Below are positions 18,999 through 29,053 of a DNA stretch of 64,000 nucleotides, one piece after another (position 1 is the stretch's first letter; every line of letters begins with the position of its first letter). The notes beneath the pieces were generated by a model. It was not told where the DNA came from. It ran no database searches and worked only from the letters and a program-made list of their open reading frames with translations. Position numbers and translations under genes: made by a program. This DNA is from Gammaproteobacteria bacterium (GTDB taxonomy: Bacteria; Pseudomonadota; Gammaproteobacteria; Tenderiales; Tenderiaceae), in NCBI GenBank assembly GCA_021731365.1, contig JAKFXL010000011.1:7848-71847 (forward strand), in the 5' to 3' direction.

Positions 18999-20837
18999 CT
19001 ATTCGCTTTTCACCGGTTTAACGTAGGTCACATCGTTGCTGAGGAGATCCAGGCGGTCCCCGCTCCAGTAAAAGTAACCATCGGCCATGGTGGCGCTGCC
19101 ATCCAGAACAACCTTGCTTTTACCCACGGTAAACTCAACCAGGGCGTTATTCCCCACATTACACATCTGATTACTGAAGATCCCCTGGACAACCCATGAG
19201 GCGGGGCTATCGCTGGCTGTGGTATCGGTTGTGATCGCCAGCTCATCCCGGGTAACCGCAGCGTCCTCCTCCAGCCGTACCAGAAAATCGATATTGATGT
19301 TGGCAAAAAGTGGATGGTTGATGGTCTGCAGCGGCACAGCACTCATCTCCATGGGTCCACAGCCGCTGGCGGGGGTGACCGATATGCCGTAACGTTTCGG
19401 TGTCGCTTCCGCCAGGGTTCTCGCCAGTGACTGCCCCGTCCCCCCCAACCCAACCACACCGATACCGGCAGCAATGGCGGCATCGTAAAGATTGAGCATT
19501 ACATCTAGCGAAACAAAGTCATTGGCCAGCACCACCACCTCATATTTAGCAAGATCCCCTGCCACCCCCACCGGTGTCAGCCAGGTATTGGTGGCCAATG
19601 CCAATGTGACACCCATATCCCCACTCCAGTACACGTCAACCACACCGCGGCGCAGATCGAGCCAGGCCAACCGGCCATTGCTCACTTGTGGACGGGTCTG
19701 GTCGGTGATGTCGCTGGTAACACGCTGTTCGCTGGCGGTGGCAAAGGAGTATGCGTAGATGTCGTAGTGATCATTTCGCAGATCCTGCCAGGTGACTAGA
19801 TCGCCGGAGATTTGGGGCAGCGTCTGATCTTTATCATTACTGGTCAGGCGTGTCTCTGTCGCGGTTGAAAGATCGTAACTATAGATATCAAAGCTACCGT
19901 TGCGGTTATCCTGCCAGACCACCCGATTGCCCGAAATACGTTGATGGCGCTGTTGGCCGGGCTGCAACGCCACATTAATCAGGGTATCGCTGGAGAGCCG
20001 ATAGGCGTAGATATCATCATCCACACCGTTGCGGTTATCCAGCCATACCACGTAGTCACCACTGAGTTGCGGCTGATACTGGCTGCTGGTAGCCGTGCCG
20101 CTGGTGAGATTTTTTTTGACCCCGGTAGATATCTGGTAACGGTAGATGTCGTTATAGCCGTTCTGGTAATCCTGCCAGACAATAAAATCCCCCGAGACCT
20201 GCGGATACCACTGATCCCCGACACCTGTCTCCACCGGGTAGACCGCGCCGCCCGCACCCGCCAGCTGGAAACGGTAGACATCTGCCGAGCCGCCGCGCTG
20301 ATCGTACCAGACCACATTGATACCATCGGTCTGTGGCGCAAGCTGATTCTGTGGCTGCTGTGTGATGACAAAGGTTTTTTTGGTGGAGATCTGATACCCA
20401 TAAATATCTGCATTACCATTGCGGTAATCTTCCCAGACAATGTAGTCCCCCGCGATGGCCGGTTGCCACTGCTTGCCCACCGCTTTTGCCACCACAAACT
20501 CGGTATTGGTGGAGATCTGATAGGCGTAGATATCAAGATCCCCTTCATCAATACCGTTGCGATTATCGCTCCAGACGATGTAATCACCAGCGACCTTCAG
20601 ATCATCCGAGACCGCAAAGCGATAATAGGGGACATCCAGCACCTCCATGTTCCTCTCCCGCAAAAAATCGGCAAGTTTGGGGGAGTTGGCATCCCCCACT
20701 ACCAACACCTTGGTGGGCGGCACAACCGGCACTGGGGGATCAACATTCAGCGCCGTCCCGCGCAATGGTTCAAAGTTATTTGAACAGCCCGCCAGGAGCA
20801 GCAACAGAGAGATAAAGATGGTTACAGGTTTAGACAT
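18999..20837 (-). CDS. Lipoprotein with about 8 beta-propeller repeats (VWQDxRNGxxDIY type)
   Basis: Lipobox LLAGC; eight ~40-aa repeats QxxPxISGDxVVWxDxRNGxxDIYxY. Confidence 0.8.
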   Translation of the reverse strand: MSKPVTIFISLLLLLAGCSNNFEPLRGTALNVDPPVPVVPPTKVLVVGDANSPKLADFLRERNMEVLDVPYYRFAVSDDLKVAGDYIVWSDNRNGIDEGDLDIYAYQISTNTEFVVAKAVGKQWQPAIAGDYIVWEDYRNGNADIYGYQISTKKTFVITQQPQNQLAPQTDGINVVWYDQRGGSADVYRFQLAGAGGAVYPVETGVGDQWYPQVSGDFIVWQDYQNGYNDIYRYQISTGVKKNLTSGTATSSQYQPQLSGDYVVWLDNRNGVDDDIYAYRLSSDTLINVALQPGQQRHQRISGNRVVWQDNRNGSFDIYSYDLSTATETRLTSNDKDQTLPQISGDLVTWQDLRNDHYDIYAYSFATASEQRVTSDITDQTRPQVSNGRLAWLDLRRGVVDVYWSGDMGVTLALATNTWLTPVGVAGDLAKYEVVVLANDFVSLDVMLNLYDAAIAAGIGVVGLGGTGQSLARTLAEATPKRYGISVTPASGCGPMEMSAVPLQTINHPLFANINIDFLVRLEEDAAVTRDELAITTDTTASDSPASWVVQGIFSNQMCNVGNNALVEFTVGKSKVVLDGSATMADGYFYWSGDRLDLLSNDVTYVKPVKSE

Positions 20838-20992
20838 GGGAACTTACTTCAATCAGAGTTATCGCCTAATTTGCTGCTGGCACTGTACCACATTCTCTAC
20901 GCCGCAATACCTCACTCAACTGCTGACCAGCAGGTCAACAATGTGGATGTTTGTGTTCAAAAAGTGATCTATTGACTATATGATGGCTCCCC

Positions 20993-21565
20993 ATGCCCAC
21001 ACTCACAGACCCCAACCTCTGGCCCGACCTCTACGGCGATGCACTCTACCGGCACGCGCTGTTCCGGTTGCGCGACCCCATGGCTGCCGAAGAGATGGTG
21101 CAGGAGACCTTTCTGGCTGCGCTCCAGGGCCGCGACCGTTTTGCCGGCAACTCGGCGGAAAAAACCTGGCTGATCGGCATACTCAAACACAAAATCATCG
21201 ACCATCTGCGTAAAACAATCCGCGAACGACCCCACAACGAAGCGTCGCAACCCTTTGATGAGATGGAGGAGTCCTGCTTTGATGACAGCGGCCACTGGCA
21301 GATCAAGGTAGGGCGCTGGTCCAATCCCGACAACGCCCTGGACAACGAACAGTTCTGGCGCACATTGAACGACTGTGTCAGCCGCCTGCCACCACGCATG
21401 GCCACGCTGTTTATCCTGCGCGAAATAGATGGCCTGGAGAGTGAAGCCATCTGTCAGGAAATGGCCCTCTCCTCGACTAACAATCTCTGGACGATGTTAT
21501 CGCGGATGCGCCTGCGCCTGCGCCAATGTCTGGAGCTGAACTGGTTTGGAGATGGGGCCAAATAA
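20993..21565 (+). CDS. ECF sigma-70 factor
   Basis: AEEMVQETFLAA, TWLIGILKHKIID, ICQEM...NNLWTMLSRMRLRLRQCLE. Confidence 0.9.
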   Translation: MPTLTDPNLWPDLYGDALYRHALFRLRDPMAAEEMVQETFLAALQGRDRFAGNSAEKTWLIGILKHKIIDHLRKTIRERPHNEASQPFDEMEESCFDDSGHWQIKVGRWSNPDNALDNEQFWRTLNDCVSRLPPRMATLFILREIDGLESEAICQEMALSSTNNLWTMLSRMRLRLRQCLELNWFGDGAK

Positions 21566-21568
21566 AAT

Positions 21569-21820
21569 ATGCTGAATTGCAAACAGACCACTGACCTGAT
21601 CTCCCACAGCCTGGAGCACACGCTCACCCTACGCCAGCAGCTGGGGTTAAAGCTGCACCTGTTGATGTGCCATCTCTGCCGTAACTACGCCCACCAGCTG
21701 CGTTTTTTGCACCGCATCGCCCCCAGCCTCAATGCCCACATCGAAGCGCAACATGAACAGACTCTATCCGCCACCGCCAAAGCCAAGATTCGGGCCAAAA
21801 TAAAAGATCACCCGCACTAA
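21569..21820 (+). CDS. zf-HC2 (ZAS) anti-sigma factor
   Basis: MLNCK...HLLMCHLC (HxxxCxxC); directly after the ECF sigma gene. Confidence 0.87.
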   Translation: MLNCKQTTDLISHSLEHTLTLRQQLGLKLHLLMCHLCRNYAHQLRFLHRIAPSLNAHIEAQHEQTLSATAKAKIRAKIKDHPH

Positions 21821-21897
21821 AATCTGCGCTTGGATAGCCACCCGAAACACTGCATACTCGCGCCACCACAATTGGTGGTTTTCTGGTCAATGCGTTC

Positions 21898-22533
21898 ATG
21901 CACACCGCCGCCCGCGCCCTCCCCACGGACACCTCCCCCGTCACCCTCGTCTGTGACGACCTGATCGCCCAGGGCTGGAGCGCCATCCCCCATTTTTTCC
22001 CCGGCCATTTAATCACCGCCTTACACATAGAGCTAATGGAACATGCCGAACATAACCGGCTACAGGCCGCCCATATCGGCAAGGGCGAACAGCGCACCCT
22101 GCGTAGCGACATCCGTGGTGACGAAACCCGCTGGCTTGATGGCAAAAGCCTGGCACAACAGGATTTTCTGGCACAGATGGAGCTATTGCGCCAAGCGCTG
22201 AACAGCCAGCTTTTTCTTGGATTAAATGATCTGGAGGCACACTTCGCCCTCTACCCCCCCGGCACAGGTTACAGCCAACACATTGATAGCTTTCAGAATA
22301 ACAACCTGCGCCGTATCACCATCGTTGCCTACCTGAACGAACACTGGCAGCCAGAGGAAGGGGGGGAGCTGCTGCTGTTCAATGATGACAACGAGATCTA
22401 CCAGCGCATCCTGCCCGAAGCCGGTACCCTCGTCTGTTTTATCAGTGAAGAGATCCCCCACGCCGTGGCCATCACCCAACGGCCACGCGCCAGCATTGCC
22501 GGCTGGTTCAGGGTCCGCGACACCTCTTTTTAA
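21898..22533 (+). CDS. 2OG-Fe(II) oxygenase (prolyl-hydroxylase / SM-20-like)
   Basis: IRGD, HID facial-triad motif, YLN, GGELLL, PHAV, RASIAGWF. Confidence 0.88.
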   Translation: MHTAARALPTDTSPVTLVCDDLIAQGWSAIPHFFPGHLITALHIELMEHAEHNRLQAAHIGKGEQRTLRSDIRGDETRWLDGKSLAQQDFLAQMELLRQALNSQLFLGLNDLEAHFALYPPGTGYSQHIDSFQNNNLRRITIVAYLNEHWQPEEGGELLLFNDDNEIYQRILPEAGTLVCFISEEIPHAVAITQRPRASIAGWFRVRDTSF

Positions 22534-22657
22534 CGCCATTAATCTTTTTTTAAGAAACCGCCTATACCCTACCTAACGTTATGCTGAACTACGCTCGCCG
22601 GGGGTACTGGCCACCCCCAACACACAACGCAACCACCTAAAAGATAAGGAAATAACC

Positions 22658-23233
22658 ATGCGATACTGGATGATAGTTGTACTATCACTCTGCGGCACCA
22701 CCCAGGCAGTTGCCCAAGACGAACTAACAACCGCCAGCCTCTGGGGTGACTACTCACTCAATAACCGCGCCACCCTCTACCTGGCCAGCGCGGAAACAGT
22801 CGATACCGGACACGCCACCATAACCACCACCAAAGTGGAGAGCCCGGTTTACGAAGAGCGTTATTTTACCGCCAACAAAGTCCACCAATACTTGGGAATA
22901 GGCTCTATTCTCGCCGCAGGTGCCACTGTGCTGGCCCCCAAGCCCGCCGTGGATCCTGTCACTAACGAGGCCGAAAGCAGCACCCATGAAACCCTTGCCA
23001 AAACCGCCACGGCCCTGGGTATCGGCGCGGTTATCACCGGCCTGCTCTTCCACTGGGATGACTTCAACCTGAGTGATGGCGTCAAGGATCCGGACAACCT
23101 GCACGTCATGCTCACCACGGCGGGTACCCTCGGCTATCTCGCTGCCATCAGTGCCGCCCCCGACAGCGGCCACGCCGGATTGGGTGGTGTTGGTGCCATT
23201 GCCATGGCTATCGGCATCAAGATGAACTGGTAA
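22658..23233 (+). CDS. Hypothetical membrane protein with signal peptide and four His-containing hydrophobic segments
   Basis: AAGGA RBS; signal peptide (AVA); segments VHQYLG, THETLA, LHVML, GHAGLG. Confidence 0.7.
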   Translation: MRYWMIVVLSLCGTTQAVAQDELTTASLWGDYSLNNRATLYLASAETVDTGHATITTTKVESPVYEERYFTANKVHQYLGIGSILAAGATVLAPKPAVDPVTNEAESSTHETLAKTATALGIGAVITGLLFHWDDFNLSDGVKDPDNLHVMLTTAGTLGYLAAISAAPDSGHAGLGGVGAIAMAIGIKMNW

Positions 23234-23277
23234 TCACCTCCCCCTTTCCAGTTCCCTATATTCAAGACGAGGACACT

Positions 23278-23829
23278 ATGAAAAGAGCGACCCCCCTACT
23301 CACCCTGGCCGCCATCCTGATGGTTGGCGTAGTCTCCACCGGCCAGGCCGCCGAAAGCGGCTTTTTCTCCTACTTCTCACTGGAGCGTAAAAAGGAGGTA
23401 ATGGCTATTAACGATGCCACCTACAACAAGGAGTGTGGTGCCTGCCACTTTGCCTATCAGCCCGGCCTGCTGCCGGAGGGTTCGTGGCGCAAGCTGATGG
23501 ACGCCCAGGCACTGTCCGACCACTTTGGTGAAAATGCCGAGCTGGATGAACAGACCCGCAGCCATATATTAACGCTGCTGGTGGCCAACTCTGCCGACAA
23601 GTCGAACCGTAAACGCTCCAAAAAGATCATGGGGTCACTCAACGGTGCCACCCCACTACGCATCACCGAGGTTGCCTACATTAAAAACAGGCATGAAGAG
23701 ATACCGGCAAAGCTCATCACACAGCCCAAGGTAAAATCCCTGAGCCAGTGCAACAAGTGCCACATGAAGGCTGATAGTGGCAGTTTTGATGATGATACCG
23801 TGGTCATTCCCGAACACGGCACCTGGTAA
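23278..23829 (+). CDS. Diheme cytochrome c (DHC family)
   Basis: Signal peptide; ECGACHFAYQPGLLP, DHFGENA, PLRIT, CNKCH. Confidence 0.9.
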   Translation: MKRATPLLTLAAILMVGVVSTGQAAESGFFSYFSLERKKEVMAINDATYNKECGACHFAYQPGLLPEGSWRKLMDAQALSDHFGENAELDEQTRSHILTLLVANSADKSNRKRSKKIMGSLNGATPLRITEVAYIKNRHEEIPAKLITQPKVKSLSQCNKCHMKADSGSFDDDTVVIPEHGTW

Positions 23830-23969
23830 CCACCCCTGACCGACCGGTAATTCCCCTCGCCCAGAGGGGGACTACCCCACCCTCCTCCCCTGCCAACGAA
23901 TAACCGTTGTTAAAACCCAATCCTGAACTACCTTTATGGGACCCACCCCCTCAATAAAGGAGATCAGCC

Positions 23970-26006
23970 ATGAGTTCCAAACTCAAAAACGCTAAAACAG
24001 CCTCCAAAAAACCCACCGTCTCGCCACCGCGCCCCGCCATCACTCAGGAGCAGATCACCAGCGACACCCCCATGGGGGCCACGCTCACCGCCAATGGCGC
24101 AACCTTCAGGGTCTGGGCACCCAATAAAGGGATCGCCGTCCATCTCCATCTCTTCAATAAAAACAGTACGATAGATACCCCCTGGAGAGCCAGCGCCGCC
24201 ACCCAGCTGCTACGCCACAGCGACGATACCTGGACCGGCTTTATGCCCGGCGTGGTGGATGGTGACCACTACCGCTTCTACATTGCCGGTCGGGGTGAGC
24301 AGCCCTATAAACGTGACCCTTACGCCCGTGAGCTGGAGTTTTATGGCTACCCCGATTGTGACTGCATTGTGCGCGACAGCAACAGCTACCCCTGGCACGA
24401 TCAGGATTACCGCACCCCCGCCTTTAACGATCTGGTGATCTACCAGCTCCACATTGGCCGTTTTTACGCCACCTATGACGACGGCAGTGATGCCCGACTC
24501 GACCGGGTGGGTAAATTTCTCGACCTGCTCGACCGCATCGAATATCTGCAAAGCCTTGGCATAAACGCCATTCAGCCCCTGCCCATTGTGGAGTTTCAGG
24601 GTCCCTACAGCCTCGGCTACAACGGTACCGATCTCTTTTCGCCCGAGATGGACTACGCCGTCGAGCCCCATGACCTGGCCCCCTACCTCACCAAAATCAA
24701 TGCCCTGCTGTCAGCCAGGGGGGCCGCCGCGTTGACAGAAAAACAGCTGCATGGGCAGATCAACCAGCTCAAAGCACTGATCGACATCTGCCACCTGCAC
24801 GGCATCGCCGTCATCCTTGATGTGGTCTACAACCATGCCGGCGGCTTTGGCCATGATGACCAGAGCATCTACTTTTTTGATCGTGCCTTCACCGGCAATA
24901 ACAGCGACAGCCAATATTTCAGCGACATCGGCCATGCCGGCGGGCTGGTCTTTGCCTACTGGAAAAAAGAGGTCCGGCAGTTTCTGATCGACAACGCCAC
25001 ACTCTTCCTCAACGAATACCACGTCGATGGCTTCCGCTATGACCAGATCACTGTTATCGACGACGACGGTGGTGCCGATGGCTGGCGCTTCCTGCAGGAC
25101 CTCACCAATACCCTGCGAGCCATCAAACCACAGGCCATCAATATCGCCGAATATTGGCGTGACGACCCCTCCTGGGTCATGCGTGATGCCCAGCAGGGGG
25201 GGGCGGGATTTGACGCCGTCTGGTATCCCGGCCTGCGCGCTGCCGTGCGGACCCTGCTCGCCCAAGCCGCACAAGGTGAAAACGCCCATCTCGACATGAA
25301 CCGCCTGGGCGATGCACTCCAGCGCCCCGCCAGTTTCAGCGCCGCCTGGCGCGCCGTGCAACATCTGGAAAACCACGATCTGCAACGCAAAGAGAATAAC
25401 AACGACCGCCAGCCGCGCATCGCCGCACTTGCCGACAGCACCAGCTCGCGCTCCTGGTACGCCCGCAGCCGTGCCCGTGTTGCCAACGGCCTGCTGCTCA
25501 CAGCCCCCGGTATCCCCATGATGTTTATGGGGCAGGAGTTTCTTGAGGATAAATATTGGAGTGACAGCCCCGACGGCAGCGCCCTCCTCTGGTGGCAGGG
25601 GCTGGAACAGGACCCACACATGGCCAACCATCTGCGTTTCACACAGGCACTGTTAAAGGTCAGGCGTGAGCAACCGGCCCTGCGGGGTGAGGCGATCAAT
25701 CTCTTTCATGTCCATGAAGAGAACCGGGTCATCGCCTGGCACCGCTGGATCGAAGGGGTCGGCCAGGATCTGGTGATTGTTGCCAGCTTCAATGAAACCA
25801 CCCTCTACCACTACTCTATCGGTATGCCCCGCGGCGGGCAGTGGCAGGAGCTGCTGAATAGCGATGTCTACGACCACTACCCCAATCCGGATGCCGCCGG
25901 TAACCACGGTGCCATTGAGGCAAACAATCTGCCACAACACGGTCTGCCCTACTCCAGCGAGATCACCCTGCCGGCCAATAGCATTCTGATCTTTGCCAGC
26001 CGGTAG
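23970..26006 (+). CDS. GH13 alpha-amylase family enzyme (GlgB/TreZ-like, N-terminal CBM48)
   Basis: TFRVWAP, DPYA, DVVYNH, GFRYD, IAEYW, ENHD, PGIPMMFMGQE. Confidence 0.88.
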   Translation: MSSKLKNAKTASKKPTVSPPRPAITQEQITSDTPMGATLTANGATFRVWAPNKGIAVHLHLFNKNSTIDTPWRASAATQLLRHSDDTWTGFMPGVVDGDHYRFYIAGRGEQPYKRDPYARELEFYGYPDCDCIVRDSNSYPWHDQDYRTPAFNDLVIYQLHIGRFYATYDDGSDARLDRVGKFLDLLDRIEYLQSLGINAIQPLPIVEFQGPYSLGYNGTDLFSPEMDYAVEPHDLAPYLTKINALLSARGAAALTEKQLHGQINQLKALIDICHLHGIAVILDVVYNHAGGFGHDDQSIYFFDRAFTGNNSDSQYFSDIGHAGGLVFAYWKKEVRQFLIDNATLFLNEYHVDGFRYDQITVIDDDGGADGWRFLQDLTNTLRAIKPQAINIAEYWRDDPSWVMRDAQQGGAGFDAVWYPGLRAAVRTLLAQAAQGENAHLDMNRLGDALQRPASFSAAWRAVQHLENHDLQRKENNNDRQPRIAALADSTSSRSWYARSRARVANGLLLTAPGIPMMFMGQEFLEDKYWSDSPDGSALLWWQGLEQDPHMANHLRFTQALLKVRREQPALRGEAINLFHVHEENRVIAWHRWIEGVGQDLVIVASFNETTLYHYSIGMPRGGQWQELLNSDVYDHYPNPDAAGNHGAIEANNLPQHGLPYSSEITLPANSILIFASR

Positions 26007-26012
26007 TATTAA

Positions 26013-26142
26013 GGAACCTCTGAGTAACCCCGTTCGTCCTGAGCCTGTCGAAGGAGTGGTGACGTAACATATTGATTATCAAGAATCCTCCATTAGTGGT
26101 TCAACAAGCTCACCACGAACGGAAGAGTTATTCGGAGCTTCC
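26013..26142 (-). repeat. MITE-like element family A, copy 3 (inverted, internally shorter)
   Basis: GGAACCTCTGAGTAAC ... GTTATTCGGAGCTTCC flanked by TTAA/TTAG; contains CCGTTCGTCCTGAGCCTGTCGAAGG. Confidence 0.8.
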
Positions 26143-26194
26143 TTAGGGATGACTTGTAGCTCAATATCATGGCCTGGGAAACCTGTCCCGGCCA

Positions 26195-26923
26195 CTATTG
26201 CAACTGTTGGCTATCCAGCGCACGCCACAGCGACTGCTGCTCACCTGCGCTTTTATCCACCAGGTTCAGATACGCCTCGTGGTCAGCCAACTCCTCTGCC
26301 GTTGCGCTGATGACCCGCAGTGGTGGCCGGTCCTGGCTCAATGGCCGGACAATCTCCTGCTGATTGCCCACTCCATCCTGCTCTGCATCCAGCAGCAACA
26401 GGGTCTGGCCGCCGGTCATGGCAAGGTAGACGTCCGCCAGGATTTCAGAGTCAAGCAGCGCACCGTGCAGGGTGCGGCTGGAGTTATCGATGTCGTAACG
26501 TTTGCAAAGCGCATCCAGACTGTTGCGCTGGCCGGGATGCATCCGGCGCGCCATATCCAGGGTATCAAGCACGGTGCAGTGGTCGAGTACCGAACCCCAC
26601 TCCGGCCCCAGCAGCGAGAGTTCATAATTGATAAACCCAATATCAAACGGGGCGTTGTGGATAATCAGCTCAGCGCCTTTGATGAACTCCATAAACTCGG
26701 CGGCAACGGTGGCAAACAGCGGTTTGTCGAGCAGAAACTCATCGGTGATGCCATGCACCTCAATGGCACTCTCATCACTGGGGCGCTCAGGCTGTAGATA
26801 TTGGTGGTAGTGGTTGCCCGTCAGACGGCGGTTGAGCAGCTCAACACAACCGATCTCAATAATCCGGTGCCCCTCACGGGTCTCCAGACCGGTTGTTTCG
26901 GTATCAAGAATTATCTGCCGCAC
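26195..26923 (-). CDS. dnaQ: DNA polymerase III epsilon subunit
   Basis: [35 protein letters not shown] start at 26923. Confidence 0.95.
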   Translation of the reverse strand: MRQIILDTETTGLETREGHRIIEIGCVELLNRRLTGNHYHQYLQPERPSDESAIEVHGITDEFLLDKPLFATVAAEFMEFIKGAELIIHNAPFDIGFINYELSLLGPEWGSVLDHCTVLDTLDMARRMHPGQRNSLDALCKRYDIDNSSRTLHGALLDSEILADVYLAMTGGQTLLLLDAEQDGVGNQQEIVRPLSQDRPPLRVISATAEELADHEAYLNLVDKSAGEQQSLWRALDSQQLQ

Positions 26924-27386
26924 TGGCAACTCCTCCACTCTTTTTATTTAACTGCAGCTCATCGATGCCAAGGTTGGCGAGCTGGTCGGCCTGCTCATTT
27001 TCGGGGTGGCCACTATGGCCTTTCACCCAGCACCACTGCACCTCGTGGCGCAAACGGGCCAGATCCAGCCGCTGCCACAGGTCAACATTTTTAACCGGCT
27101 GCCGGGCTGAGTTTTTCCAACCGTTTTTTTTCCAGCCCTTAATCCAGTCGGTAATGCCCTGCATCACATACTTGGAGTCGGTGGTCAGTGTGACCTGACA
27201 GGGGCGGGTCAATGACTCCAATCCCTGGATCGCCGCCATCATCTCCATACGGTTATTGGTGGTATCGGCCTCGCCACCGTGCAGTGTCTTAACCTTGCCT
27301 TTGCTCCGCAAGACCACCCCCCAGCCACCGGGGCCAGGGTTGCCACGACAGGCACCATCCGTAAAAATTTCCACTATTTCCGACAC
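26904..27386 (-). CDS. rnhA: Ribonuclease HI
   Basis: [35 protein letters not shown]. Confidence 0.96.
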   Translation of the reverse strand: MSEIVEIFTDGACRGNPGPGGWGVVLRSKGKVKTLHGGEADTTNNRMEMMAAIQGLESLTRPCQVTLTTDSKYVMQGITDWIKGWKKNGWKNSARQPVKNVDLWQRLDLARLRHEVQWCWVKGHSGHPENEQADQLANLGIDELQLNKKSGGVASAADNS

Positions 27387-28147
27387 TGTGTACTCCGTGT
27401 AGTTGGGCGCGCCAGCTCACCCAGCAGTCGCCGCCGTGGCTGCCAGCGCGGTTTAATAGGTGTCACCGTGGTGACTCGCTTCTGCGCCACCAACAGGTAG
27501 GCTCCTGAAAGGCCTGGCCAGAACCGCTGCCCCAGCCGCTCCATAAATCTAAGTCTGCGCATCAGCAGGCGATTTTTCAGTGGTGGCCGAAAAAAGTGGT
27601 GTTTAACCTCCACCACATCAAACCCCAGCAGCGCCATCCAATCCTTAACACGCGAGGGGCTGAGAAAGTCACCGCACCAGGGGGTATCCCCCTTCCGGCC
27701 ACGGGCTAGTCGCCAAAGCCCCCAGAGACTCCAGGGGTTAAAACCCAGTATCACCACATGCCCTTCGGGGATCAAAATTCGGTCCACCTCACGCAGGATC
27801 TGGTGTGGGTCACGTTCAAACTCCAGGGTATGGTGCAGTACAACCACATCCACACTATCAGCCGCGATGGGGATGGCGTCAGGGTAGGCATAGAGCCCTA
27901 ACGGAGAGACGCCACAGCCTCTGTCCGGATCAATCAACACACGGTGGGGAATACGGCTGGATGTCAGCAGCTCATCCCCCAGCAGAGACCCCATCTGTAC
28001 GATGTGGTAACCAAACAGTGTTGGCAATACCTCACTTAGCCGCTCACGCTCCTGCTGCAACAGCCATTTACCCACCGGACGGCCATACCAGAGGCGTAAC
28101 GCCTGACGAATTTTATTGATCTGTTGGCGCTTAAGGCCGGCAATCAT
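27374..28147 (-). CDS. Class I SAM-dependent methyltransferase (YafS-like)
   Basis: [28 protein letters not shown]; conserved position between gloB and rnhA. Start approximate. Confidence 0.85.
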   Translation of the reverse strand: MIAGLKRQQINKIRQALRLWYGRPVGKWLLQQERERLSEVLPTLFGYHIVQMGSLLGDELLTSSRIPHRVLIDPDRGCGVSPLGLYAYPDAIPIAADSVDVVVLHHTLEFERDPHQILREVDRILIPEGHVVILGFNPWSLWGLWRLARGRKGDTPWCGDFLSPSRVKDWMALLGFDVVEVKHHFFRPPLKNRLLMRRLRFMERLGQRFWPGLSGAYLLVAQKRVTTVTPIKPRWQPRRRLLGELARPTTRSTQCRK

Positions 28148-28206
28148 GCAACACCCCCCATTTCGCGTTACCATGCAGCGCCTCTGCCAGCATGACATTC
28201 AAGACA

Positions 28207-28980
28207 ATGATAAACATCCAGACGCTCCCTGCATTCTCCGACAATTATATCTGGCTGATCCTGCTGGAAGGGAAACAGGCCGCCGTGATCGATCCCGGTG
28301 ATGCCCAACCCGTTATGGCAGCACTCAAACAACAGGGGCTGACACTGACCGCCATCCTCATTACCCACCACCACCATGACCATATTGATGGCATAGAGAC
28401 CTTACGTCACCACTACCCTGATGCCCCTGTCTACGGTCCCGACACCCCGCAGATCCCCCAGGTCACCCACCCGGTCATTGACGGTGACATCATCACCCTG
28501 GGTCTAGACCCTCTGACACTGACGGTTCTTGAGGTTCCCGGCCATACCCAGAGCCATGTCGCCTATTACGGCGAGAACAGCCTCTTTTGTGGTGATACGC
28601 TATTTGCCGCAGGCTGTGGTCGATTACTCGGCGGAACGGCCGAACAGCTCCATGAATCTTTAAGCAAAATCAAAATGTTACCCATCAATACACAACTCTA
28701 CTGCGCACACGAGTATACCCTATCAAACCTGATTTTTGCCCGGATAGCGGAACCAAACAACCCGCAGATACTCGAACGGCAGTTAATCGAGACAGCCAAG
28801 CGGCAGCGCGGCGTGGCCACCGTGCCCTCCACCCTGGCCCTGGAGCTACAAACCAACCCCTTTTTGCGCTGCAATGAAACAACAATATGGACCGCTGTAG
28901 AGCAATTTGCTGGCCATCCGTTACAGACAGAGGCGGCAGTATTCAAAACACTGCGCTACTGGAAAGACACACTCGATTAG
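28207..28980 (+). CDS. gloB: Hydroxyacylglutathione hydrolase
   Basis: DNYIW, THHHHDH, PGHT, GDTLFAAGCGR, CAHEYT, NPFLR. Confidence 0.95.
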   Translation: MINIQTLPAFSDNYIWLILLEGKQAAVIDPGDAQPVMAALKQQGLTLTAILITHHHHDHIDGIETLRHHYPDAPVYGPDTPQIPQVTHPVIDGDIITLGLDPLTLTVLEVPGHTQSHVAYYGENSLFCGDTLFAAGCGRLLGGTAEQLHESLSKIKMLPINTQLYCAHEYTLSNLIFARIAEPNNPQILERQLIETAKRQRGVATVPSTLALELQTNPFLRCNETTIWTAVEQFAGHPLQTEAAVFKTLRYWKDTLD

Positions 28981-29053
28981 TTGATTTAGCCAGTGCCGGG
29001 ATATACTTTTGCCACAAAATGACAATTTTAAGGTTACGAACTCCATGGGGAAA

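Noticed and set aside
24711-25699. Long antisense ORFs (306 and 220 aa; similarly 19941-20783, 58671-59651, 60897-61742)
   Set aside because: Shadows of well-supported genes in GC-rich DNA, with no recognisable motifs.
26195-27386. Co-directional overlapping rnhA-dnaQ as unusual
   Set aside because: Common arrangement in non-enteric Gammaproteobacteria.
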